32,000 nucleotides of DNA. It comes from Akkermansia muciniphila ATCC BAA-835. Its GTDB lineage: Bacteria; Verrucomicrobiota; Verrucomicrobiia; Verrucomicrobiales; Akkermansiaceae. The first letter of the stretch is position 1. Every line of letters starts with the position of its first letter. The stretch spans positions 1,800,001 through 1,832,000 of the forward strand of contig NC_010655.1 in assembly GCF_000020225.1 (NCBI RefSeq), in the 5' to 3' direction. The notes under the pieces are model-generated. The model did no database searches, was not told the DNA's origin, and saw nothing but the letters and a program-made list of their open reading frames with translations. Position numbers and translations under genes: made by a program. Positions 8,657-17,509 of the stretch are shown piece after piece.

Positions 8657-9907
8657 GTGAAATGGCTGAATGACTGGCTGGGCTTTTTCAAGCCCCTTCA
8701 GGTGCGGAACCTGCAAATATTCTGGTCAGGGCAGGCTTCGGCCCTGATTGGAATGTGGTTGCAGGTGACGGCCATGGGTATTCTTGTGTACGATATTTCC
8801 GGAGGCTCCGCCACGGCAGTGGGGGTGTTGGCTGCCTTGAACGCTCTTCCTTTCTTTCTGGGCGGCATGCTGCTTGCCGGGCTGGGGGACCGTTTTGACC
8901 GGAGGAAACTCCTCATAGCCGTGCAGTGCGTCCAGTGGCTGGTGGCTGTAGCCCTGTTTCTGCTGACTGTGCTGGATATGCTCCAGCTGTGGCACTTATA
9001 CGCCGCCGGGCTGGTGATGGGCGTCAATCAGACGGTGGGTTTTCCCACACAGCAGGCTTTTGTGGGAGACCTGATACCGCGCCGGCAATTACAGGAGGCC
9101 GTGGGCATGTATTCTCTGGTATTTAATACGTGCCGGGCTATAGGGCCGGCGCTTGCCGGCTACATTATTGCGGAATGGGGCGCCGGAACCGCCTTTGGCG
9201 GCAATGTGGCGGCAAGCCTTCCGCTGGTTGGCTGCCTGGTTGCCTTAAAGGGACGCGTTGCGGATACCTCCGCTCCCAGAAAACAGCGCGGCGCAGGAAG
9301 GAAAGCATCCGGCCTCAAGGCGGTGCTTGCCACGCGCAGCCTGCTTTTCATCATGATCAGCGCTCTGATTCAGAATATCTGCGGGCAATCTCTCTATCAG
9401 ATTGTTCCGGCATTGATGCACGGAAATCCCAGGAATACCGGCCTCATTCTGGGTGCGGTCGGAGCCGGAGCCATGGTGAGCATCCTCTTTGTCCTGCCGT
9501 TTGCACGCAAAAGCGACAGGGTGGGAGCCAAGCTTTCCTCAGGCACCCTGTGGATGGGATGCGCACTGTGCGTGGCAGGCGCCATCCCGGTGGTGGAAGT
9601 GCAGGCCCTCTGTTTCTTTTTTGCCGGTTTGGCCACTTCTTCCCTCTTTGTTACTTCTTCATCCGCCGTGCAGCTTCTGTCGCCCCCGGAACGCAAGTCG
9701 GCCATTCTGGGGCTGTTCAGCATTGTCACCATCGGTGTGCAGCCGCTGGCGGCCATGGGGTGGGGAGCTGTGGTGGATGCCTGGGGTGTCCAGATGACGA
9801 TTGTCGTGGCGGGGGGGCTGGAAGCCTTGTTTTCCATTTGGATGCTGGGCGTTCCATTTTGGCGTCATTTCAAATTTTCTCCGGATGATTGTCCGGAGAC
9901 GACATAG
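8657..9907 (+). CDS. MFS transporter (EntS/MFS_3-like)
   Basis: 416-aa, ~12-TM ORF with the family-typical N-terminus LQVRNLQIFWSGQASALIGMW and GDRFDRRKLL after TM2. The GTG start at 8657 is forced by an in-frame TAG at 8642-8644. Confidence 0.85.
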   Translation: MKWLNDWLGFFKPLQVRNLQIFWSGQASALIGMWLQVTAMGILVYDISGGSATAVGVLAALNALPFFLGGMLLAGLGDRFDRRKLLIAVQCVQWLVAVALFLLTVLDMLQLWHLYAAGLVMGVNQTVGFPTQQAFVGDLIPRRQLQEAVGMYSLVFNTCRAIGPALAGYIIAEWGAGTAFGGNVAASLPLVGCLVALKGRVADTSAPRKQRGAGRKASGLKAVLATRSLLFIMISALIQNICGQSLYQIVPALMHGNPRNTGLILGAVGAGAMVSILFVLPFARKSDRVGAKLSSGTLWMGCALCVAGAIPVVEVQALCFFFAGLATSSLFVTSSSAVQLLSPPERKSAILGLFSIVTIGVQPLAAMGWGAVVDAWGVQMTIVVAGGLEALFSIWMLGVPFWRHFKFSPDDCPETT

Positions 9908-10065
9908 CGCCTTCCCTTCCATTTGCGGCAGGGGAAGGCTGTCGGTCCTCATGCTGCGGGGAAAAGGGGTGCATGTAGGGTTTCCCCCCCGCGGATAATT
10001 CCGGGATGCAGCCGGCCAGGGAAGAGGAAGCAGGTTTGGGAAACGTCAGGAGCAGGAACCGGCTG

Positions 10066-11703
10066 TTAGCCGTCCGTTTCTGCCTCGTGTTCGGAATAGC
10101 TGATGCCCAGCATGCAGATATCGTCGGCCTGATTGGTGCAGCCGGTAAATTTGGCTACGCAGGTAAGGGCCTGATGGACAAAATCCTTGGTGCTGTGGGG
10201 GGAGGAATTATTGAAATAGTCAATCAGCCTTTCCACGCCCATTTCTTCCCCGTCCTGGTTGGCTGCTTCCGTCAGGCCGTCCGTGTACATCAGGATGCGG
10301 GACCCCGCCAGGAGCGAAAACTGGGCATTATGGTACGTAGCGTCATCCAGCAGCCCCAGGGCGATTCCTTTGGGCAGCGGCATTTTGCGGGCGACTCCGT
10401 CCGGTCCCATAATGATGGGATGCGGATGCCCGGCTGTAGAAGCCGTCATGACCCCGGTTTCCAGATCCAGGTAAATATAAACGGCAGAGGCAAACATGGT
10501 GGTGTTCGCCCGTTGCAGGATTTTGGCGAGCTGGTGGTTGAGGGAAGTAAGGAAAGCCGCCGGGTTATCCGCCAGGTGGGACAACTGTTCCATCAGGCCG
10601 CGGAGCATGGAGGCGATCAGGGCGGCGCGGATGCCGTGGCCCATCACGTCGCAGACAATGGCGCCGACGCCGGAACTGCCTACGGGAAAAGCATCGAACC
10701 AGTCTCCTGCAACCCCCTCCGAAGGAGTGAAAATATGGTGAAAATCCGCATGGCGGGTCAGGCCGTGTTCCGTATGGGAGCGGGAGGGAATTTCGTAGGG
10801 AAGCAGGGCGAACTGGATTTCCCTGGCCAAATCTATTTCCTTTTCCAGAGTTCTGTTGCGTTCCTCCAGGATGCGGGCCGTTTCCGTGGCCTTGATTTCA
10901 GTCTTCACCAGTTTGGTGACATCACTGGAAATACCTACAATTCCCTTTAGCTCTCCGTTGCGTCCGTACCACGGGAACTTGCTGATCTGGCTCCAGGAAT
11001 CATCCTTGTGGAGCCATGTCTCATGATGAAGGCGGGCGCGGATGGGGCGTCCGGTAACCATGATGTCCATTTCCTCCTTGCGGGAAATATCGGACATCGT
11101 TTGGTCAAAAAAGTAATCGTCCGTGCGTCCGGTCAGGTCTGCCGGCGTCGGTACGCCCAGCTTATTGGCTGTGGCGGTATTCGCCAGGACGAAACGTGAT
11201 TCCCGGTTCTTGAAATAGATACTGTCGGGAATGTGTTCAATCAGGGTATGAAACAGGTCCCTGTCCTCCGCAGCACGCAGTTCCGCTGTTTTCCGCCGGG
11301 TAATATTGACCCATACGCCCACCAGCATAACGGGCCGGCGCTGCTTGTCCCTGCGGGCGAGTCCGTTGACGCGGACCCAGCTCCAGCTTTTGGAGTTCAG
11401 CTTCTTCATCCGGATTTCAATGCGCATGGGCACATGGGAGTGGCCGTCCAGATAACGGCGCACTTCCTGGGAAAAAAAAGCCTGGTCTTCCTCGTGTATG
11501 GTAAGCTCCGGCTGGGTGAAGATATTGGGGGCTTTCTCCTTGCGGCTGGCCCCCATCATGGTCAGGCAGCGGTCCGTGTAATGAATGACGCCCGTTTTAA
11601 TATTCCAGATATAAAATCCTTCTTCCGCCGCCGCCAGGGCCATTTTGATTTTGTCCCAGGTAAAAACTCTCTGGGCGGAATGTCTGTTGCGTGAGGGCGG
11701 CAT
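10066..11703 (-). CDS. PAS-domain SpoIIE/RsbU-type PP2C protein phosphatase
   Basis: 545-aa ORF. The N-terminal half is PAS-like repeats (..EGFYIWNIKTGVIHYTD.. and ..IPDSIYFKNRESRFVLANTA..). The C-terminal part is PP2C (GVAGDWFDAF, VCDVMGHGIRAAL, ILMYTDGLTEA, DDICMLGI). No TM segment is present. Confidence 0.85.
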   Translation of the reverse strand: MPPSRNRHSAQRVFTWDKIKMALAAAEEGFYIWNIKTGVIHYTDRCLTMMGASRKEKAPNIFTQPELTIHEEDQAFFSQEVRRYLDGHSHVPMRIEIRMKKLNSKSWSWVRVNGLARRDKQRRPVMLVGVWVNITRRKTAELRAAEDRDLFHTLIEHIPDSIYFKNRESRFVLANTATANKLGVPTPADLTGRTDDYFFDQTMSDISRKEEMDIMVTGRPIRARLHHETWLHKDDSWSQISKFPWYGRNGELKGIVGISSDVTKLVKTEIKATETARILEERNRTLEKEIDLAREIQFALLPYEIPSRSHTEHGLTRHADFHHIFTPSEGVAGDWFDAFPVGSSGVGAIVCDVMGHGIRAALIASMLRGLMEQLSHLADNPAAFLTSLNHQLAKILQRANTTMFASAVYIYLDLETGVMTASTAGHPHPIIMGPDGVARKMPLPKGIALGLLDDATYHNAQFSLLAGSRILMYTDGLTEAANQDGEEMGVERLIDYFNNSSPHSTKDFVHQALTCVAKFTGCTNQADDICMLGISYSEHEAETDG

Positions 11704-11833
11704 TGCAGTTGCCCTTAATCTAACGATAAAACCGCTGTCTTGGCAAGAGGCAAAATAAAGGAATCCTTTCTGAAAGGAGGCCTGGCCGGGGGAACGCGTA
11801 TGAAGGACACCGGCTGGTTTTTAAGATGGACTC

Positions 11834-12520
11834 CTATTTTTCTTTTTCCTTTTCCTGGGATTGAAGAAATTGCAGTTCTTTCTTCAAAGCGCTTCCTACG
11901 CGGTGCTTTGCCAGATAGACCTGGGCAATCGTGACGCCGAGCTGCCGGCGGACCTTGGCCGCGTCCCACTCCCGCAGGACATAATAGTCAAAAATCTGGA
12001 ACTGCTTGGGCGACACTTTTGCTTTGACGCGTTCCAGAGCCGCCTGAAGAAGGTTATTCTGCCATTCCCGTTCCCATACCTGGTCAAAATTATTCTTCCC
12101 TTCATCCGGGATTTTGTCGATGGGGTGTTCCAGGGTATCCGTGGCATCAGGGTTCATCAGCATGGCCGTGTCCTTTTTCCGCTTGCGGAACTGGTCATTG
12201 ATGCGCCAGCGGGTCATGTTCCATAGCCAGAGTTTGAAGGAACCCTGTTCCGGTTTGTAAATATTTTTCCTGCTCTGCTTGGCGATGGAAAGAATGGTTT
12301 CCTGTACCACGTCCCAGGCCTCGTCTTCCCTTAATCCGGCCTTGAGGGCGACGGAATAAATAAGCCGCCAATATGTCCGGTAAAATTCATCCCAGGTACG
12401 CTGGTCTTCCCAGTTTTCCAAACGCGCGATCAGGCTTTTCCTGGTATGTTCCGCGTATTGGGAAAGTGTCTGCTCGTCAGGCTGGGACTCGTTATGGGGT
12501 TGCAATGGGGGCACATTCAT
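11834..12520 (-). CDS. ECF-type RNA polymerase sigma-70 family factor
   Basis: 228-aa ORF. Region 2 reads FYRTYWRLIYSVALKAGLREDEAWDVVQETILSI and region 4 has the HTH VRRQLGVTIAQVYLAKHRV. A Lys/Glu tail follows. Confidence 0.85.
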   Translation of the reverse strand: MNVPPLQPHNESQPDEQTLSQYAEHTRKSLIARLENWEDQRTWDEFYRTYWRLIYSVALKAGLREDEAWDVVQETILSIAKQSRKNIYKPEQGSFKLWLWNMTRWRINDQFRKRKKDTAMLMNPDATDTLEHPIDKIPDEGKNNFDQVWEREWQNNLLQAALERVKAKVSPKQFQIFDYYVLREWDAAKVRRQLGVTIAQVYLAKHRVGSALKKELQFLQSQEKEKEK

Positions 12521-12643
12521 GGTTTATCATGAACTACGGATGGAAGTGAAGCGAAAGCCGAGTAATAGGCCGGAAAATTCTGCACGGTCCAGCCTGTTCA
12601 TTCACTACGTCCGTCGTGGAAAAAATCTTTCAGGGAAACGGAC

Positions 12644-13654
12644 ATGATCAGGAAAACGTCAAAACGCAGGGGAACCTCCGTCATTGCGGCCCTGATTGCG
12701 TTGTGCGCGGTGGTGGGGTACGGTTTGACGGAGTGGGCGCCGCTGGATAATGAACCGCAGGCGGTTCCCTCCCGCCAGAGGGAAGAGCGGCAGACGGTTC
12801 GGGAGAAGGTGGAAATCCCCGACAAGGGGGAGCCCGTTCGTTTGCTGACCATGAACGCCGGAAACTACTTTGTGCCGGAAGACCCGAGGAGAAGCAATTT
12901 TCAGGTAAAATACAAGCCTGTGGAAGCCCGTGAAGCCGTGGCGGAGCTGGTTCGCCAATCGGGGGCGGAAATCGTGGGGCTGTGTGAAATGGGCGGGGAG
13001 GCTGCCGTTCGTGACTTGCAAATGCGGCTGAAAAGAAAAGGAGTTCATTTGCCGTACAAAGTTCTTGTCATGCGGGACGGGGAGGACCGTGGTTTGGCCC
13101 TTCTTTCCAAATACCGCATCGCGGATGACCGTTCCGTAACGGACATGCCTGTATCCGGAGAGGCGAAACGGAAAAAGACGATGCTGCGGGGCATTCTGGA
13201 CGCCACGGTCAGCATGCCGGACGGACGGCTGTTCCGCCTGGTGGGCATTCATCTGAAATCACGCCTCAGCCGTGACGGTTCCGCAGAAGACACACGGAGA
13301 AGGGAAGCCTACGCCCTGCGGGACTACCTGAATGAAGCTCTTGCCTCTCAGGACGGCATGCCTCTGCTTCTGTACGGAGATTTTAATGACGGCCCGTCAG
13401 ACAGCGCCGTGCAGGTCATCCAGGGGCCGGCCAAAACGGAATACCGCCTGAACCGTTTGAAGCCCAGGGATTCTCGTGGTGAGACCTGGACCATTTACTA
13501 CGAAGACGGTGACACCTACCATTCCTTCGACCATCTTTTCCTGAACAATACTCTGAAAAAGCGCCTCGGCCGCAAGCCTCCCATGGGCATCCTTGACTCT
13601 CCCCCCTCGCTCCAGGCCAGCGACCACCGCGGCGTGTGGGTGGAATTAAGGTAG
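12644..13654 (+). CDS. endonuclease/exonuclease/phosphatase (EEP) family protein, exported or anchored
   Basis: 336-aa ORF with an N-terminal signal/anchor (SVIAALIALCAVVGYGL). EEP motifs are LLTMNAGNYF, GLCEMG, GIHLKSR, YGDFND and SDHRGVWVEL. Confidence 0.8.
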   Translation: MIRKTSKRRGTSVIAALIALCAVVGYGLTEWAPLDNEPQAVPSRQREERQTVREKVEIPDKGEPVRLLTMNAGNYFVPEDPRRSNFQVKYKPVEAREAVAELVRQSGAEIVGLCEMGGEAAVRDLQMRLKRKGVHLPYKVLVMRDGEDRGLALLSKYRIADDRSVTDMPVSGEAKRKKTMLRGILDATVSMPDGRLFRLVGIHLKSRLSRDGSAEDTRRREAYALRDYLNEALASQDGMPLLLYGDFNDGPSDSAVQVIQGPAKTEYRLNRLKPRDSRGETWTIYYEDGDTYHSFDHLFLNNTLKKRLGRKPPMGILDSPPSLQASDHRGVWVELR

Positions 13655-14198
13655 ATAAAAATGATTTACTATAAATGGAATATGTAATAAATATCTGTTA
13701 GATTTTTTTATTTGATCGAATTGATATTTTTGTGATGTAAAAATGCACTTGTAAAAACCTAAAAAATAATATTGCTAACGAGAATAAAATTTGTAGAGCT
13801 ATCCCTCAGCATTACCTTCTCGCATAACTGATAACTATTTATTATGGATTTTCTAATTAATTCTAATGATATATCTCATTCATACAATTAGAGGATTTAA
13901 ATTTAAAATATAAAAACTGAATTGTTTAATTTAATTTTGTTTCGGTCACCTTCTCTGCCTTTCGCTGGATATATTGCCAGATGTTGGTATTTGAATGATG
14001 TTGAAATTTTACAGTAAGACTATTCTGCTTAATCCCGTAAAAAAATATGGACTGCTTTCACTTAATGTTTCTTATTGGGGTTCTTTTGTTGAATTGGCAA
14101 ATCATTTTTACCATAGTTATATATGAAATATCCAGATACACTTATAGATTACAAATATTTGTTGTCTGATCTTAAATATTGCTTCTAAAAATTAGGGT

Positions 14199-14233
14199 TT
14201 TGTAAAAATGTAAAAGGTTGCATTTTAACTTTG
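14199..14233 (+). promoter_or_regulatory. candidate Bacteroidetes-style promoter (-33 TTTG / -7 TAnnTTTG) for the four-gene operon
   Basis: TTTG at 14199-14202 and TAACTTTG at 14226-14233. The predicted TSS falls just downstream, which favours ATG 14271 as the real start. This is a pattern match in AT-rich DNA only. Confidence 0.3.
14223..14233 (+). repeat. left copy of the 11-nt direct repeat TTTTAACTTTG bracketing the operon
   Basis: Identical to 23051-23061. Looser similarity extends upstream (GTAAAAGGTTGCA.. versus GTAAAAAAGAACC..). Confidence 0.6.
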
Positions 14234-14270
14234 AATGGAACTCAATCTCTTAATTAGGGATAATAGTAGA

Positions 14271-17200
14271 ATGGAGCTTATAGATAACATAAACAAGACC
14301 CTGAAAGGGGATTTGACCAGGGAGTTGCACGACGGCAGCAAAGTTGCCATTGCCGCTTCGTGCTTTTCCATTTACGCCTTTGAGGAGCTGAAAGCGCAGC
14401 TTAAAGACATTGAGGAGTTGCGCTTTATCTTTACCTCCCCGACTTTCGTCACCGAGAAAGCCAACAAGCAAAAACGGGAGTTCTATATTCCACGGTTGAA
14501 CAGGGAGGGCAATCTCTATGGCTCTGAGTTTGAGATAAAATTGCGCAACGAGCTTTCGCAAAAAGCCATTGCCAAAGAGTGCGCCGAATGGATCAGGCGG
14601 AAAGCCTGCTTCAAGTCCAACTATACGGGAGAGAACATGATGGGCTTCGCCACCGTTGACGACAAGGCGTATATGCCCGTCACCGGATTTACCACGGTGG
14701 AATTGGGATGCGAGCGGGGCGACAACGCCTACACGGTGATAAACAAGTTCGAGGCTCCTTTCTCGCAGCAATACCTTTTCCTTTTCGATCAGCTTTGGAA
14801 TGACAGCGCGAAGATGCAGGTAGTCACGGACAAGATACTCGACAACATCAGCAATGTCTATAAGGAGAACGCCCCCGACTTCATCTATTTCGTCACCTTG
14901 TACAATATCTTCCGTGAATTCCTTGACAACCTCTCCGAAGACGACCTGCCCAACGAGGCAACCGGATTCAAGGAAAGCCAGATATGGAACAAACTATATA
15001 ATTTCCAGAAGGATGCCTGCCTTGCCATCATCAACAAGTTGGAAAAGTACAACGGCTGCATCCTTGCCGACAGCGTGGGATTGGGCAAGACGTTTACCGC
15101 CCTCTCGGTCATCAAGTATTACGAGAACCGCAACAAGTCAGTGCTTGTGCTTTGCCCGAAGAAACTTAACGACAACTGGATAACCTACAAGAGCAACTAT
15201 CTGAACAACCCCATCGCCCGTGACCGCCTGCGCTATGACGTGTTCTTCCATTCTGACCTGTCACGCCGGGGTGGAAAGACCAACGGGCAGGACTTGGACC
15301 ATATCAACTGGGGCAACTACGACCTTGTGGTCATAGACGAGAGCCATAATTTCCGAAACGGCGGCAAGGTGACAACGGATGGGAATGACGACAACCCGCG
15401 CGAGAACCGCTACCTGCAACTGCTGAACAAGGTTATCCGGGCGGGGGTCAAGACAAAAGTGCTGATGCTCTCGGCCACGCCCGTGAACAACCGTTTCAAC
15501 GATTTGAAGAATCAGATACAGCTTGCCTACGAAGGTGAGTGCGGCAGGATGGATGCCCTGTTGAACACGTCTTCCGGCATTGACGACATTTTCCGTCAGG
15601 CTCAGAAGGAATACAACATATGGACGAAGCTCCCGCCGAAGGAGCGCACTACGAAAGAACTGCTCAGCCGGTTGAGCTTCGACTTCTTTGAAGTACTCGA
15701 CAGCGTTACTATTGCCCGCAGCCGCAAGCATATAGAGCAGTATTACAATACGGCGGACATCGGCAAGTTCCCCATGCGGCTGGCTCCGCTGTCACGCCGT
15801 CCCAACCTGACTGACCTCGACACGGCTATCAACTATAACGGGATTTACGAAATTGTCAGCCGCCTCAACCTTGCCATTTATACCCCTTCCGATTTCATTC
15901 TGCCAAGCCGGAGGAAAAAATACATGGACGAGGATAACGACTTCCACGGTCGCGGCAGAGCCGGACGCGAGAAGGGAATACGCCGCCTGATGAGCATCAA
16001 CCTGCTTAAACGTCTGGAAAGCTCGGTCAATTCTTTCCGCCTCACCCTTGAAAGAATCAGGAAGTTGATAGCGTCAACCATCGGACAGCTTGATGAGTTG
16101 AATCAGGGCGACAGCTTTTCCATTGAATGGGAGGATATTTCGCGGAATCTCGATGCCGATGATCGAGAGGCGGATATGTTCATCGGTGGCAAGAAGACAA
16201 GAATTGCCCTGCAGGATCTTGACCACATCACATGGCGCGGCTACCTCAAAAAGGATTTGGAGAACCTTGATCTTCTGCTGCTCATGATTGGCTCCATCAC
16301 TCCGGAACACGACCGCAAGCTGCAACAGTTGATTGCCGACTTGCGCGGCAAGTTTGCCTGCCCCATCAATGCAGGCAACAGGAAGGTGATTATCTTCACG
16401 GCGTTCTCCGATACCGCCGAATACCTGTACGGTTGTCTGGCTGCTCCCATTCTGGAAAAGTATGGGCTGCATACGGCACTCGTCACCGGAGACGTGGAAG
16501 CACGCAGTACATTGCGCCTTCCACAACGCGAGAAGCTCGACTTCAATAAGGTGCTTACGCTCTTCTCTCCAATTTCAAAGGAGAAGTCTGCCATTTATCC
16601 GCACATCCGGGAGGAGATAGACGTGCTTATCGCTACCGACTGCATCAGCGAGGGACAGAACTTGCAGGATTGTGACTGTCTCATCAATTACGACATCCAT
16701 TGGAATCCCGTGCGCATCATTCAGCGTTTCGGGCGTATCGACCGCATTGGCTCGCGCAACGAGGTGATTCAGCTTGTGAACTACTGGCCGGACGTGACCC
16801 TTGACGAATACATCGACCTGAAAGGACGGGTGGAAGCCCGCATGAAGGTGTCGGTGCTGACAAGTACGGGCGATGACAATCCCATATCGCCTGAAGAGAA
16901 AGGCGACCTTGAATACCGGCGCGAGCAACTGAAACGCCTGCAGAGCGAGGTGGTGGACATGGAGGAGATGAACACGGGCGTTTCCATCATGGATTTGGGG
17001 CTGAACGAGTTCCGTCTTGACCTGCTTGCCTGCCTGAAAGACGCTCCCGGCCTGGAGCATATGCCTTTCGGTCTTCATGCCGTGGTACCCGCAAGTGACG
17101 GTGCGCCTGCCGGAGCGGTGTTCGTATTGAAAAACCGTAACAACGGCGTGAATATTGACCACAGGAACCGCCTGCATCCTTTCTATATGGTCTATATCTC

Positions 17201-17507
17201 GGAGAGCAGGGAAGTGGTGGTCAATCATCTTTCACCCAAGGAGATGCTCGATCGCCTGCGCTTCCTGTGCAAAGGCAAGACCGCACCGGACATGGAGCTA
17301 TGCCGGGAGTTCAACAAGGCCACTTCCGACGGGAAGAACATGCGGCGGTATTCCGGACTGTTGGGCGATGCTATCTCCTCCATCATCCATGTGAAGGAAG
17401 AGAGCGACATCGACAGTTTCCTGAGCGGCGTGCAAGGTTTGCTCTTCACGGAAGAGATACGCGGGCTGGACGACTTTGAATTAATCTGTTTTCTCGTCAT
17501 CAAGTGA
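14271..17507 (+). CDS. SNF2-family DEAD/H helicase with a ~230-aa N-terminal accessory domain
   Basis: Motif I is DSVGLGKT (GLGKT at nt 15078-15092) and motif II is VIDESHNFRN (DESH at 15336-15347). Helicase-C motifs are ATDCISEGQNLQDC and QRFGRIDRIGS. The track ORF starts at 14235. I prefer Met13 (MELIDNINK..) at 14271. Confidence 0.9.
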   Translation: MELIDNINKTLKGDLTRELHDGSKVAIAASCFSIYAFEELKAQLKDIEELRFIFTSPTFVTEKANKQKREFYIPRLNREGNLYGSEFEIKLRNELSQKAIAKECAEWIRRKACFKSNYTGENMMGFATVDDKAYMPVTGFTTVELGCERGDNAYTVINKFEAPFSQQYLFLFDQLWNDSAKMQVVTDKILDNISNVYKENAPDFIYFVTLYNIFREFLDNLSEDDLPNEATGFKESQIWNKLYNFQKDACLAIINKLEKYNGCILADSVGLGKTFTALSVIKYYENRNKSVLVLCPKKLNDNWITYKSNYLNNPIARDRLRYDVFFHSDLSRRGGKTNGQDLDHINWGNYDLVVIDESHNFRNGGKVTTDGNDDNPRENRYLQLLNKVIRAGVKTKVLMLSATPVNNRFNDLKNQIQLAYEGECGRMDALLNTSSGIDDIFRQAQKEYNIWTKLPPKERTTKELLSRLSFDFFEVLDSVTIARSRKHIEQYYNTADIGKFPMRLAPLSRRPNLTDLDTAINYNGIYEIVSRLNLAIYTPSDFILPSRRKKYMDEDNDFHGRGRAGREKGIRRLMSINLLKRLESSVNSFRLTLERIRKLIASTIGQLDELNQGDSFSIEWEDISRNLDADDREADMFIGGKKTRIALQDLDHITWRGYLKKDLENLDLLLLMIGSITPEHDRKLQQLIADLRGKFACPINAGNRKVIIFTAFSDTAEYLYGCLAAPILEKYGLHTALVTGDVEARSTLRLPQREKLDFNKVLTLFSPISKEKSAIYPHIREEIDVLIATDCISEGQNLQDCDCLINYDIHWNPVRIIQRFGRIDRIGSRNEVIQLVNYWPDVTLDEYIDLKGRVEARMKVSVLTSTGDDNPISPEEKGDLEYRREQLKRLQSEVVDMEEMNTGVSIMDLGLNEFRLDLLACLKDAPGLEHMPFGLHAVVPASDGAPAGAVFVLKNRNNGVNIDHRNRLHPFYMVYISESREVVVNHLSPKEMLDRLRFLCKGKTAPDMELCREFNKATSDGKNMRRYSGLLGDAISSIIHVKEESDIDSFLSGVQGLLFTEEIRGLDDFELICFLVIK

Positions 17508-17509
17508 GT

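Larger units (their letters stand above)
13655..14234. other. ORF-free, extremely AT-rich spacer at the left edge of the acquired module
   Basis: The supplied track shows no ORF of 60 aa or more on either strand here. I count 11 G/C in the 60 nt at 13681-13740. The composition changes abruptly right after the EEP stop. Confidence 0.8.

Noticed and set aside
9909-9939. Hairpin GCCTTCCC / GGGAAGGC between the convergent MFS and phosphatase genes as a terminator
   Set aside because: It has a 15-nt loop and no U-tract on either strand, which is too weak to call. Termination here may be Rho-dependent or use another structure.
10006-10950. 314-aa plus-strand ORF (with further ORFs at 11233-11694)
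   Set aside because: It is antisense to the PAS-PP2C phosphatase gene, which has clear PP2C motifs. No independent support.
13731-14227. Shared TGTAAAAATG decamer (13734-13743 and 14201-14210) as possible terminal repeats of the AT-rich spacer
   Set aside because: Only 10 nt match, within DNA of about 20% G+C where such matches are expected by chance. The flanking bases do not extend the match.
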